A DNA stretch of 64,000 nucleotides. It comes from an uncultured SAR86 cluster bacterium. GTDB lineage: Bacteria > Pseudomonadota > Gammaproteobacteria > Magnimaribacterales > D2472. The notes under the pieces were generated by a model that saw nothing but the letters and a program-made list of their open reading frames with translations, searched no databases and was not told where the DNA came from. This document shows, one piece after another, positions 11,555-23,902 of the stretch (position 1 is the first letter of the stretch; every line of letters starts with the position of its first letter). The stretch is from assembly GCA_964275345.1 (NCBI GenBank), contig CAXYBK010000003.1:25058-89057 (forward strand). The letters run 5' to 3'. The position numbers and the translations under genes were made by a program.

Positions 11555-14007
11555 TTAGGAATATTTTCGTTTAGAAATAATTCAAAATATGTATTTTTAT
11601 CGCTTGGATTTGCTATCTCCCCAGTTGATTTGTTGACCTTTACATAAGATATGCCACTAGGAATTGTTATCTTTGATTCAGGAAGAGAATCTAAGGCTAA
11701 ACTCATATAATCAACCCATATGGGTAATGCAATACTTGAACCATATTCGTTATCACCAAGTGAGGTAAAGTCATCAGTTCCGACCCAAACAGTTGTAACT
11801 AGATCCTCATGAAATCCAGAAAACCATGTGCTCTTAGCATCATTGGTCGTTCCAGTTTTTCCTGCAATATCTGATCTTTTTAGAATCCCAGTTTTACGTC
11901 CAGTCGAGCCTCTTCGCGTATGCTCTTTAAGAATATCTTTAACAATGTGAGTAACTCTTTCATCTATAATTCTATTTTTATTAGGTACATTATTTAACAA
12001 GCTATAAGGTTTTTTAGCCTCAAGCTCTAAAGTGTTTAACCATGGAAATGCCGTCATATTAGATGTAACGTCTATTTCTTGGTCTTCAGTTATATCTTTG
12101 TGTGTAAAGATATCATTTCCATTTCTATCTAAGATCTTTGATACATAATATAAATCTACTAAATATCCATCATTGGCTAATACGCCATATGATCTAGCTA
12201 CTTCTGCAGGAGAAAAATTGCCTGATCCTAGCGCTAAAGATAAGTCATTAGGAAGCCTATTTCTTTCAAAACCAAATTTTGAAATATAATTATTGGCTTT
12301 GGAAATACCCAATTCCCTTAAAAGTTTTATTGATACAATATTCAGTGACTGGACTAGTCCTTCTCTGAGTCTAGTGGGTCCATAAAACTTACCAGTGTAA
12401 TTTTCTGGTCTCCAGAAACTCTCTAGATTTTCATCATTAAAAATAATGGGTGCATCATTAATAAGAGATGAAGGATTATAATTGTTAGCAAATGCAGCAG
12501 CATAAACAAAAGGTTTAAAACTTGATCCAGTTTGTGGAAATGAAAGTCTAACTCTATCAAATAAACCATCATTAAAGGACGAGCCACCAACATAACTTGA
12601 GATACTTCCTGTTTTTGGATCTATTGATATAAGCGCAGCTTCAGCCAGAGGAATTTGATCAAGAATAATGGCATCATTAATTGATTTTAGATAAATAAAG
12701 TCGCCCGGTTTAATTAAATCATAAAAATTTTGAGGTATGGCTCCTCTTGAGTTAATAGATATATATCTTCGAGCCCATTTATATAATTCTTCATCCCAAT
12801 CAATAGATAAAACTTTAAGATCTTCACTTAAATATATAAAATTATCTTCATTGACATCAATAACTATTCCTCTTTTATGAGAATGAATAAAAGTATTTGA
12901 ATCAAAGGCATCTCTAACTCTTTCAATTAAGGTATCAACATCACTTGTAAAATCAAAGCTTTCTGCAAGACCATCGGTAAGAGGTGAATAATCTAAATTT
13001 AACAGAGAATTTAAATCTTCTATTGAAAATATATCTAAATAATTATTCTTTTGACGCCATCCATGTCGTTTGTCATATTCAGACAAGCGCTCTGAAATAC
13101 TTGCAATAGCTTTAGTTTGTAGCTTTGAATCTATAGTTGAATAAACCTCCCATCCTTCTGTATAGGCCTTTAATCCATATCTATTAATTATTTCTTGTCT
13201 AATTAATTCAGCTAAATGTCTTGAATCTAGATCATAAGATTTAATATTTTTTGAAATATTTACAGGTTCAGCTATAGCCAAAACATAATCTTCATTACTA
13301 ATGTATCTAAGCTTGAGCATTCTTCCTAGAATCCAATTACGTCTAGATTTAGTTCTTTCTGGGGCCTTTATAGGATTAACTCTAGACGGGAGTTGAGCTA
13401 ATGAAGCAATTAATGCGCTTTCTGCAAGAGAAAGTTCTTGGGAAGTTTTACCAAAATAAGTATCAGCAGCTGACTCAATTCCATAAGATCTATTGCCTAA
13501 AAAAATACTATTAACATAAAGTTCAAAAATTTCATTTTTACTGGCTGAACTTTCTAACTGATAGGCAAGCAAGATTTCTTTTAGTTTTCTTATTACTGTT
13601 TGATCTCTTGTTAAGACATAGCCCCTTACAACTTGCATTGAAATAGTTCCACCTCCACCAAAACAACCATTGGGGCCAATACATCTGATAAAAGATCGAA
13701 GGATGCCCGTATAACTTATTCCTTGATGTCTAAAAAATCCATCATCTTCTGCTGCTAGAAAAGCATTTTTAAGATTATCTGGAATATCATCAAAACTAAT
13801 AGGTCTACGTTTTTTTTCTCCAAATTCTCCTATAAGAACTCCATCGCTGGTATAAATTTTTAAGGGTATTTGAAGTTGTGATTGATCAACAAGACTTATT
13901 TCAGGTAAGTCAGGTTTTAAGTATAGGTATACAGTTAACGTAGTTAATATTCCAAAGGCTGTTACAGCTATGCTGGACCAGAATAAAAACTTGATTAATT
14001 TTGTCAT
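11551..14007 (-). CDS. mrcA: penicillin-binding protein 1A (bifunctional transglycosylase/transpeptidase)
   Basis: 818 aa with an N-terminal TM, GT51 motifs (AAEDDGFFRH, RKLKE) and transpeptidase motifs STFKP-type (SSFKPF), SLN and KTGTT. Confidence 0.9.
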   Translation of the reverse strand: MTKLIKFLFWSSIAVTAFGILTTLTVYLYLKPDLPEISLVDQSQLQIPLKIYTSDGVLIGEFGEKKRRPISFDDIPDNLKNAFLAAEDDGFFRHQGISYTGILRSFIRCIGPNGCFGGGGTISMQVVRGYVLTRDQTVIRKLKEILLAYQLESSASKNEIFELYVNSIFLGNRSYGIESAADTYFGKTSQELSLAESALIASLAQLPSRVNPIKAPERTKSRRNWILGRMLKLRYISNEDYVLAIAEPVNISKNIKSYDLDSRHLAELIRQEIINRYGLKAYTEGWEVYSTIDSKLQTKAIASISERLSEYDKRHGWRQKNNYLDIFSIEDLNSLLNLDYSPLTDGLAESFDFTSDVDTLIERVRDAFDSNTFIHSHKRGIVIDVNEDNFIYLSEDLKVLSIDWDEELYKWARRYISINSRGAIPQNFYDLIKPGDFIYLKSINDAIILDQIPLAEAALISIDPKTGSISSYVGGSSFNDGLFDRVRLSFPQTGSSFKPFVYAAAFANNYNPSSLINDAPIIFNDENLESFWRPENYTGKFYGPTRLREGLVQSLNIVSIKLLRELGISKANNYISKFGFERNRLPNDLSLALGSGNFSPAEVARSYGVLANDGYLVDLYYVSKILDRNGNDIFTHKDITEDQEIDVTSNMTAFPWLNTLELEAKKPYSLLNNVPNKNRIIDERVTHIVKDILKEHTRRGSTGRKTGILKRSDIAGKTGTTNDAKSTWFSGFHEDLVTTVWVGTDDFTSLGDNEYGSSIALPIWVDYMSLALDSLPESKITIPSGISYVKVNKSTGEIANPSDKNTYFELFLNENIPN

Positions 14008-14128
14008 AACTTTAAAAGATTGATTAATTACATTTTAATATAAGAATTAATGAATATATCTTTTATCACCTTAAAAGACTATTTTATAGAGTTCAATGTT
14101 AAAATCTTGCCCATAAATTAGTAATATT

Positions 14129-14638
14129 ATGAATATCTTTATAGTTGGTCCTATGGGATCAGGAAAATCCACCGTTGGCAAAATTATTGCTAACGAATTA
14201 TTTTTATCTTTTTTAGATACTGATGATGAGATAGAAAAAGGCACTGGTGTAACTATTGACTGGATTTTTGATCTTGAGGGTGAGGATGGTTTTAGAAAAA
14301 GAGAGAGTGCTGTCTTAAATGATTTAGCTCAGGAGAACTCTATTGTTCTTTCAACTGGAGGTGGGATAATTCTATCTGATGCTAATAGAGATCTTCTATC
14401 GGCAAGAGGTACAGTTTTCTATCTAGATACACCAATCGATGTACAGCTAGAGAGAACCTCAAAGGATAAAGATAGACCTCTATTAAAAGATGGTGACCCA
14501 AGACAAATATTAACTGACCTTCATGAAAAGAGAGAAAACCTTTATCAAAGTGTTGCTGATTATGTGGTTGATACTTCAAATAGAAGCAGCCAGGAAGTTG
14601 CAAATGAGATCATTAAGTTAGTTAAGAATTATGGCTAA
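14129..14638 (+). CDS. aroK: shikimate kinase
   Basis: 169 aa with P-loop GPMGSGKSTVG and FLDTD..IE, STGGG. It lies directly upstream of and overlapping aroB. Confidence 0.9.
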   Translation: MNIFIVGPMGSGKSTVGKIIANELFLSFLDTDDEIEKGTGVTIDWIFDLEGEDGFRKRESAVLNDLAQENSIVLSTGGGIILSDANRDLLSARGTVFYLDTPIDVQLERTSKDKDRPLLKDGDPRQILTDLHEKRENLYQSVADYVVDTSNRSSQEVANEIIKLVKNYG

Positions 14639-15701
14639 ATCTATTCTGGTAGGCAAAAAGCCTACTAATTATGAGGTCGAAATCTTAGATAAACCAATAT
14701 CTAAAAATAAATTATCATCTGCAATAAAATCTTATAATAAAATTCTTATAGTCACTGATGATGGTCTCCCTAAAAAATACTTAGCAGAAATAAAGAAACT
14801 TATTCCAAAATCTAAAAAAGTTTATATATATTCTCTTCCGGCTGGTGAAAAATCTAAATCTTTAAAGTCTTTTAATTTAATTCTTGAGAATTTAGCATCT
14901 CTAAAGTTTGATAGAACCGATTGTTTAATTGCTCTTGGAGGCGGTATGGTTGGTGATATTACTGGCTTTGTCGCATCTTCCTACTTAAGAGGGATAGATT
15001 TTATTCAAATACCAACTACCCTTTTATCTCAAGTGGACTCTTCTGTTGGTGGTAAAACAGCAATCAATATAAGCCAAGGTAAAAATCTAGTTGGAGCTTT
15101 TTATAATCCTAAAAAAGTTTTTATTTCATTGAGTTATTTACAAACTTTGTCAGAAAAAGAATACAGATCTGGTTTGGGAGAAGTCGTAAAGTATGCCTTT
15201 ATTCTTAATAAGAGACTGCATAGAATTTTAAAATCTAATTCTAATTTAGTTCTTTCTAGAAACTTGAAGGTTTTAGAGGAAGTTATATATGAATCAATTA
15301 AGACTAAATCTAAAATAGTAACCAAGGATGAGAAAGAGAATGGCGTAAGAGCTCTTCTTAATTTTGGTCATACTTTTGGGCATGCTATTGAAGCTAAAAA
15401 CAATTACAAAGGCGTTTCACACGGTGAGGCCGTTGTTTTGGGTATGATTATTGCATCTGAAATATCATATTTAGAAAACTACATTACTAAAAAAGAGTTA
15501 GAGGAAATTAAAAATCTAATAACTTCCTTAGGCCTAAGCAGTAATTATAAGAAATATGAATATGCTGACCTTAAACCTTATCTTATGAATGATAAAAAGG
15601 TTGCAAAAGGAAAACTAAATTTAATATTACTTAATAAAATTGGCAGTGCTTTTAAAACAAACAAATTTAAAAACCTAAATCTATCTAAAGCTTTTAATTA
15701 A
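14631..15701 (+). CDS. aroB: 3-dehydroquinate synthase
   Basis: 356 aa with GGGMVGDITGF, QVDSSVGGKTAIN and LNFGHTFGHAIE motifs. Confidence 0.9.
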   Translation: MAKSILVGKKPTNYEVEILDKPISKNKLSSAIKSYNKILIVTDDGLPKKYLAEIKKLIPKSKKVYIYSLPAGEKSKSLKSFNLILENLASLKFDRTDCLIALGGGMVGDITGFVASSYLRGIDFIQIPTTLLSQVDSSVGGKTAINISQGKNLVGAFYNPKKVFISLSYLQTLSEKEYRSGLGEVVKYAFILNKRLHRILKSNSNLVLSRNLKVLEEVIYESIKTKSKIVTKDEKENGVRALLNFGHTFGHAIEAKNNYKGVSHGEAVVLGMIIASEISYLENYITKKELEEIKNLITSLGLSSNYKKYEYADLKPYLMNDKKVAKGKLNLILLNKIGSAFKTNKFKNLNLSKAFN

Positions 15702-15704
15702 AAA

Positions 15705-18700
15705 TTATGCGGCATTTGCAGTAGTGGCTTTCAATAAATCTTTTACATTTAAGGCTGCTGGTGAGACTAACCAAAATAATTGTTCAAATTTATCAAAATC
15801 ATCAAATATTTCTTTAGATCTTAAACTATTGGTTTCTTGATAATGCTTCAAAATAATCTCTTTTAGATGCTTTCGATGAGATTCCATATCTTCATTAATA
15901 ATTCTATCTATATTTACAAGTCCTCTATTACATTTATCAAAGAAAGTTCTGTCTTCATCCAAAACATAAGCAAAGCCGCCTGTCATTCCAGCTCCAAAAT
16001 TTGCACCCACAGGACCTAATACAGTTACCTGTCCACCAGTCATATACTCACAACAGTGATCACCTGCACCCTCAATAGTGGCTTGAGCTCCTGAATTTCT
16101 TACTGCAAACCTTTCTCCAGCTGAACCAGCTACATATATCTCCCCACCAGTTGCTCCATATAAACATGTATTGCCCACTAAAGTTGTTTCGCTACTTTGA
16201 GCATAATGACTAGTATTTTTTATAACTATCTTGCCACCATTCATACCTTTACCAACGTAATCATTAGCATCACCATCTAAAACTATGTTTAATCCATTAG
16301 CATTCCAACAACCAAAACTTTGACCTGCAGAGCCTTTAAAATTTAAAGTTATAGGTTTTTTTAAGCCGGTTTCACCAAATTTATCAGCTATATAGCCTGA
16401 TGCAGAAGCTCCTACGGACCTATCAGTATTCATTATCTTATAATTAAATGATTTTGATTTATTGGCTTTTATAGATGGCTTTATTTCCTTTAATATTTTT
16501 TTAGCAAGAACCCCTTTATCCCATGGATTGTTATGTGATACTTGGCAATGATAAGGCTCATTAATAGATTTATTTTTATATAAGAGATCTGTTAGGTTCA
16601 CTTTTTTATATTGTGACTCCATATCTTTAATAACTTTTAAATACTCTGTCTGACCAATAATATTTTCTAGTTTAGAAACTCCCATTTCGCTTAGGTGTCG
16701 TCTCACATCATCAGCTATAAATTTAAAATAATTTACAACTTTTTCTTTTTCACCAATAAAGTGATGATTAATAATATCTTTTCTTTGTGTAGCGACACCA
16801 GTTGCGCAGTTGTTTAAATGACAAATTCTTAGATATTTGCATCCCATAGCTATCATGGGACCAGTTCCAAAACCAAATGATTCGGCTCCAAGAGCAGCGG
16901 CTTTGATTACATCTAATCCGGTCTTCATTCCGCCATCTGTTTGCAATCTTATTTTGCCTCTAAGGCCGCTCTCTCTTAAAGCTTGATGAGCTTCGGCCAG
17001 ACCAAGCTCCCAGGGTGATCCTGCATAACGAATAGAAGATAAAGGACTTGCTCCAGTTCCTCCATCATGACCTGATATTGTGATTAGATCAGCGTAAGCT
17101 TTAGCCACGCCTGCAGCTATAGTTCCTACCCCAGGTTCTGAGACTAACTTTACAGATACTAAAGCCTTAGGGTTAACTTCTTTTAAATCATAAATAAGTT
17201 GTGCTAAATCCTCAATTGAATAGATGTCATGATGCGGCGGTGGAGATATTAAAGTCACTCCAGGAGTTGAATACCTTAATTTGGCAATTAATTTATTAAC
17301 TTTTCCGCCTGGTAATTGACCGCCCTCTCCAGGTTTTGCACCTTGAGCTATTTTAATTTGTAGAACTTCGGCATTAACTAAGTAATGGGGTGTAACCCCG
17401 AATCTTCCTGAGGCTATTTGTTTAATTTTTGACATCTTATCAGTGCCATATCTTTCAACAGCCTCGCCGCCTTCCCCAGAGTTCGATCTTCCACCTATAG
17501 AATTCATTGCTTGAGCTAAGGTTTCGTGGGCATCTGGTGATAAGGCTCCAAGACTCATACCGGCTGAATCAAACCTGGTTAGAATTGATTTCTGATTTTC
17601 TACATCTTTTAAAGAAATTGGATTTTCCTTTTTTACTTCGAGTAAATCTCTAAGCATTGCTGGCGGCCTTGTATCAACAAGTTTTGCATACTCTTCATAT
17701 ATGCTTAAAGAGTTTGAAGAAACAGCTTCTTGAAGTTTTTTTACAATTTCTGGGTTATATGCATGATATTCTCCACCATGAATATACTTCAATAAACCCC
17801 CTACATTCATATCAGATAAATTAGACCTAGCATAATCATCTAGAGCTCTTAAAGACTTATCTAAATCTTTAAAACTTTTACCTTCTATTCTACTAGTAGT
17901 ATTTGTGAAACAAGTTTCTACTATTTGACTATTCAATCCAACTATTTCAAAAAGCTGTGAACCTCTATAGCTTGATATAGTGGAAATGCCCATCTTTGAA
18001 ATTATTTTTAATAAGCCTTTGTTAATGCCCTTTCTGTATCTAGCGCAATTTTCATTTGCGTCACCTTTTAATTCATTTTTTTGAGTAAGATCGAGAATGC
18101 TTTGATAAGCAAGCCATGGAAAGACTGCTGTAGCGCCAAAACCAATCAAGCATGCTATATGATGGGTATCTCTTGCTGAAGCAGAGCTTACAATTAAATT
18201 AGCATCCGATCTTAATCCAAGCTTAACAAGCTCTTGATGAACAGCACCTAGACCTAACAAAGCGTTAATGGGAAGTTCTCCTTCTTCTGGCAATCGCTCA
18301 TCTAAATGAATAATAGATGCACCAGATTTAACTGCTTTTACAACATCACCCTTTAAATTTATTATTGCTTTTTTCAGACTGATTGATTTATCAAAAGATA
18401 AAGTAAATTCCTCAACTTTGAAGTATTTATTTTTTAAAATAGTGGCTAGCTTTCTGTGAGAAAGTAAGGGAGATGAAGTTATTAATCTCTTTGCATGCTC
18501 AGGAGTTTCTTCATATACATTTAATTCAGGACCAAAACATGTCTCAAGCGACATGACACTCTTTTCTCTCAAAGAGTCAATTGGAGGATTAGTTACTTGA
18601 GCAAATTGTTGCCTAAAGAAATCATAGATTTGTCTATGCATTTTTGACATAACTGCTAATGCAGTGTCATCGCCCATGGATCCAGTACCTTCTTGGGAAT

Positions 18701-20129
18701 CAATAGCTAGAGGTTTAATTACTGAACTTCGCTCTTCTTTAAATAGAAGAAATAATTTTGAAGCAATTGTAAATTTATGTTGAGATATTTTTTTTAATCC
18801 AGGTCCGCCAAAATCATTAAGAGATGACTCGATATAAACAGCATATTTCTTTAGCCACTCTCTATAAGGTTTTTGGATTTTAAGATTATCATCTATATAG
18901 CCTTCATCATGCAGTTCGCCAGTTTCAGTATTAATAGCAAGTATTCCACCAGGCTTTACTCTTCCCTTAGTGATAACAGAGGATTCATTTGTTGGATTGA
19001 CTCCAGTCTCAGAGGCAACAGTAATTAATCCTTCTTCATCTATTTGGTACCTAGCAGGACGCAGACCATTTCTATCTAAAACACAAATAGCCCATTTGCC
19101 ATCAGTCATTACAATTCCTGCAGGACCATCCCATGCTTCCATATGCATAGAGTTATATTCATGGAAAGATTTAATTTCTGCGTCAAGAATTTGTCCATTC
19201 TGCCAAGCAGGGGGAAGAACCATTCTTATAGCTCGAAATATATTAATTCCACCTTTTTCTAGCAATTCAATCATATTATCTAATGATGATGAATCAGAGC
19301 CAGTTTCATTAATTAAATGTTTAAATTTAGATAATTTTGGAATTAAAGGAGTTATAAATTTTGATTTACGTGCCTTTGCCCAGTTTCTATTGCCTCTAAT
19401 TGCATTGATTTCGCCATTGTGGGCTAATAATCTAAAAGGCTGCGCTAAGTGCCATCTTGGACTTGTATTGGTAGAGAATCTTTGATGGAAAACACAAATT
19501 GAAGCTGTGAAATTATTTTTTCGTAAATCTTTGTAAAATAAATCTATTGCATCAGGAAGCATTAAGCCTTTGTAAACAATTGTTTTGCTAGACATGCTGC
19601 AGAAGTACAACATTTCATCATTATCAAATATAACTTCAATAAATTTTCTTGCTTGCAAGAGAGCTGATTCAAATAATTCTTTTTGTAAATTATTATTTGG
19701 TGATATAAAAAGTTGGTAGATATTAGGTAAGCAATCTAAAGCAATGACTCCTAGTATTTTCTTATCAACTGGAACAAGTCTTGTTGCATCTAATTGCAAG
19801 CCTTCCTTTTTTAAAATATTTTCTATTTTAGGAAGAAGATCTTTAAGAGATGAATCAAGAAATAATTGAGCTACAGCAAAATGTTTTGGCAATTCAATTT
19901 TTTGTTCTTTTAAAATAGCATCTCTAAAAAAGTCATGATCTAAATTAAAAAGCAGTCCGCAACCATCACCAGTTTTACCATCTGAGCCTATGCCGCCTCT
20001 ATGCTTCATGCTCTTAAGAGCGCTAATAGATTTAGTAATTACAGAGTGAGATTTAGTACCATTTCGATTAGTAATTAAACCGAAACCGCAGTTATCTTTG
20101 AAATTATTATCTCTGTAAAGTCCAGGCAT
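15705..20129 (-). CDS. gltB: glutamate synthase large subunit
   Basis: 1474 aa with an N-terminal CGFGL amidotransferase start, FMN/Fe-S central domains and a C-terminal GXGXG beta-helix domain. Confidence 0.95.
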   Translation of the reverse strand: MPGLYRDNNFKDNCGFGLITNRNGTKSHSVITKSISALKSMKHRGGIGSDGKTGDGCGLLFNLDHDFFRDAILKEQKIELPKHFAVAQLFLDSSLKDLLPKIENILKKEGLQLDATRLVPVDKKILGVIALDCLPNIYQLFISPNNNLQKELFESALLQARKFIEVIFDNDEMLYFCSMSSKTIVYKGLMLPDAIDLFYKDLRKNNFTASICVFHQRFSTNTSPRWHLAQPFRLLAHNGEINAIRGNRNWAKARKSKFITPLIPKLSKFKHLINETGSDSSSLDNMIELLEKGGINIFRAIRMVLPPAWQNGQILDAEIKSFHEYNSMHMEAWDGPAGIVMTDGKWAICVLDRNGLRPARYQIDEEGLITVASETGVNPTNESSVITKGRVKPGGILAINTETGELHDEGYIDDNLKIQKPYREWLKKYAVYIESSLNDFGGPGLKKISQHKFTIASKLFLLFKEERSSVIKPLAIDSQEGTGSMGDDTALAVMSKMHRQIYDFFRQQFAQVTNPPIDSLREKSVMSLETCFGPELNVYEETPEHAKRLITSSPLLSHRKLATILKNKYFKVEEFTLSFDKSISLKKAIINLKGDVVKAVKSGASIIHLDERLPEEGELPINALLGLGAVHQELVKLGLRSDANLIVSSASARDTHHIACLIGFGATAVFPWLAYQSILDLTQKNELKGDANENCARYRKGINKGLLKIISKMGISTISSYRGSQLFEIVGLNSQIVETCFTNTTSRIEGKSFKDLDKSLRALDDYARSNLSDMNVGGLLKYIHGGEYHAYNPEIVKKLQEAVSSNSLSIYEEYAKLVDTRPPAMLRDLLEVKKENPISLKDVENQKSILTRFDSAGMSLGALSPDAHETLAQAMNSIGGRSNSGEGGEAVERYGTDKMSKIKQIASGRFGVTPHYLVNAEVLQIKIAQGAKPGEGGQLPGGKVNKLIAKLRYSTPGVTLISPPPHHDIYSIEDLAQLIYDLKEVNPKALVSVKLVSEPGVGTIAAGVAKAYADLITISGHDGGTGASPLSSIRYAGSPWELGLAEAHQALRESGLRGKIRLQTDGGMKTGLDVIKAAALGAESFGFGTGPMIAMGCKYLRICHLNNCATGVATQRKDIINHHFIGEKEKVVNYFKFIADDVRRHLSEMGVSKLENIIGQTEYLKVIKDMESQYKKVNLTDLLYKNKSINEPYHCQVSHNNPWDKGVLAKKILKEIKPSIKANKSKSFNYKIMNTDRSVGASASGYIADKFGETGLKKPITLNFKGSAGQSFGCWNANGLNIVLDGDANDYVGKGMNGGKIVIKNTSHYAQSSETTLVGNTCLYGATGGEIYVAGSAGERFAVRNSGAQATIEGAGDHCCEYMTGGQVTVLGPVGANFGAGMTGGFAYVLDEDRTFFDKCNRGLVNIDRIINEDMESHRKHLKEIILKHYQETNSLRSKEIFDDFDKFEQLFWLVSPAALNVKDLLKATTANAA

Positions 20130-20194
20130 TTAGATGATTGATGTGAGTTAGTTGTTGATAATAGCACAAAAGTGTCATACTGTGTCATACCTAA

Positions 20195-21855
<1,661 letters not shown>

Positions 21856-21856
<1 letters not shown>

Positions 21857-22893
21857 TGATAGACCAATCAATATTTTTAAGAGCTTTAAGAAAAGAGAAT
21901 AATGAAGTTCCTCCTATTTGGTATATGCGTCAAGCTGGAAGATATCTTCCTGAATACAGAGCTGTAAGATCAAAATTTAAGAACTTTCTCGATATGTGTA
22001 AAGATCCAGATGTATGTTGTGAATTAGCTTTGCAGCCTATTGATAGATTTAATCTTGATGCGAGTATTTTATTTTCTGATATTCTTACAATTCCTGATGC
22101 TTTTAATTTAGGTGTTGAGTTTAAAGAGGGAGAAGGTCCTGTTTTTAATAACCCGATAAGAGATACTCAAGCCATCGATAATTTGCCATCATTTGATCCC
22201 CAAGACCTTTCTTATGTTTATAAATGCGTTAGTAATATTAGAAGCGCCCTACCTGCAGAACTTCCTTTAATAGGATTTTGTGGAAGTCCATGGACACTTG
22301 CGGCTTATTCAATAGAAGGTGGCTCATCAAAAGACTTTGCGATTACTAAAAATTTTATAATAGACAATCCAGTTCAAGCCCAATATCTTTTAAAGGTCTA
22401 TACAGATGCATGTTTTGAATATCTTAAAGAGCAGGTTTTGGCAGGTATTAATGCAATCCAAATCTTTGATTCTTGGGCTGGTTTATTGAATAAAGATGAC
22501 TATAAAATATTTTCACTTACTTATATTAATGATCTTGTTAATCAGCTAAAGGATGATCCAGTTACAACAGATATTCCTGTAATAGTGTTTGCCAGACAGC
22601 CGCAAGGCGGCATTAAACAATTGAGTATATGTAAACCAGAATGTATTAGCTTATATTGGGATGAATCTATTGAGGATTCTATTAATATTCTGAAAGGCGT
22701 TACTGCTATTCAAGGCAATCTTAATCCATTAATTTTAAAAGAAGATAATGCGGTAATTTATAAAGAGCTTGAAATTATGATGAGTAAATTTAAAGATTAT
22801 CCTGGCTATATCTTTAACCTTGGGCATGGGATAACGCCAGACATTGATCCAGACAAGATTAAATTTGTAACTGATACTGTAAGAAATCTATAA
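21856..22893 (+). CDS. hemE: uroporphyrinogen decarboxylase
   Basis: 345 aa with PPIWYMRQAGRYLPEYR, a canonical HemE N-terminus. Confidence 0.9.
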
Positions 22894-22894
22894 A

Positions 22895-23794
22895 TTATTT
22901 TTTTGGCTTGGGTTTGTCCCATAAACGCATCAGGCCCTCTTGGACACAAGAGGCAACTAGTTGCCCTTTTTTATTGTATATAGAACCTCTTGAAAACCCT
23001 CTAGCATTCCCTGAAACAGGGCTATCAATGTGATATAAAAGCCAATCGCTAAAATCTAACTTACCATGGAACCATGTCGCATGATCCAAACTAGCGCTTT
23101 GAAGAAGTGGTGACATAAAATTTAGTCCATGTGGATTATTGGCTGTCCCTAATAAGCCCATATCAGATGCATATAATAATAGTGCTTGATGAATCTTCTC
23201 ATCCTTTGGCATGGCGCCATCAGGTTTCATCCATGTATTTTTATATGGAGGAGCTTTTTTAGGGTTTAAGAAATCTTGATCCTCAACTGGCCTCATTTCA
23301 ATTTCTCTTTCTCGAAGAAACATAGGTAAGTATTTTTTATCAATCTTATGGCTGATTTTCTTTCTATGCTGCCATTCATTTAAAAGTCCTTCGGGGCCTG
23401 GCACTTCAGGCATATCGATTTGATGGGTTAAACCTTTTTCTCGTTTTTGAAAAGAAATTGATGAGTTAAATATAGCCTCTCCATCCTGAATGGCTCTAAC
23501 TCTTCTAGTGGAAAAGCTTCTGCCATCTCTTATTCTATCGACATCAAAGACGATTGGTTTGTCCATTTGTCCTGGTCTCAAGAAGTAGCCATGAAATGAG
23601 TGTGCTAAGTGCTTTTTTTCAATGGTTTCGTAAGCAGCAATAAGAGTTTGTGCCATTACTTGGCCGCCAAAAATTCTTGCCCATCCTACACTTTCACCAG
23701 TCCAGGTAAAGATATCTCTATCAATCTTATTAAGCTTAAATAAACTTAATCTATCTTCTAACAGTGGGAGTGAATTATCTGCTTTCTTACTCAT
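22895..23794 (-). CDS. tesB: acyl-CoA thioesterase II
   Basis: 299 aa. IFGGQVMAQ..., HSFHGYFLRPG and DGRSFSTRRV are collinear with E. coli TesB. Confidence 0.85.
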   Translation of the reverse strand: MSKKADNSLPLLEDRLSLFKLNKIDRDIFTWTGESVGWARIFGGQVMAQTLIAAYETIEKKHLAHSFHGYFLRPGQMDKPIVFDVDRIRDGRSFSTRRVRAIQDGEAIFNSSISFQKREKGLTHQIDMPEVPGPEGLLNEWQHRKKISHKIDKKYLPMFLREREIEMRPVEDQDFLNPKKAPPYKNTWMKPDGAMPKDEKIHQALLLYASDMGLLGTANNPHGLNFMSPLLQSASLDHATWFHGKLDFSDWLLYHIDSPVSGNARGFSRGSIYNKKGQLVASCVQEGLMRLWDKPKPKK

Positions 23795-23902
23795 TTTTAG
23801 ATGTGGTGTTTTATAATATTACTAATCTTACAATGATTAACAAAAAACTAGAACTTTACATTCTCAAAAGGTAGGATACATATCTTCAAAACAGAAAAAA
23901 TT

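Noticed and set aside
18970-19485. 171-aa plus-strand ORF inside gltB.
   Set aside because: It lies entirely antisense to a strongly conserved coding region, has no recognisable motifs and has odd composition. This is a typical shadow ORF.
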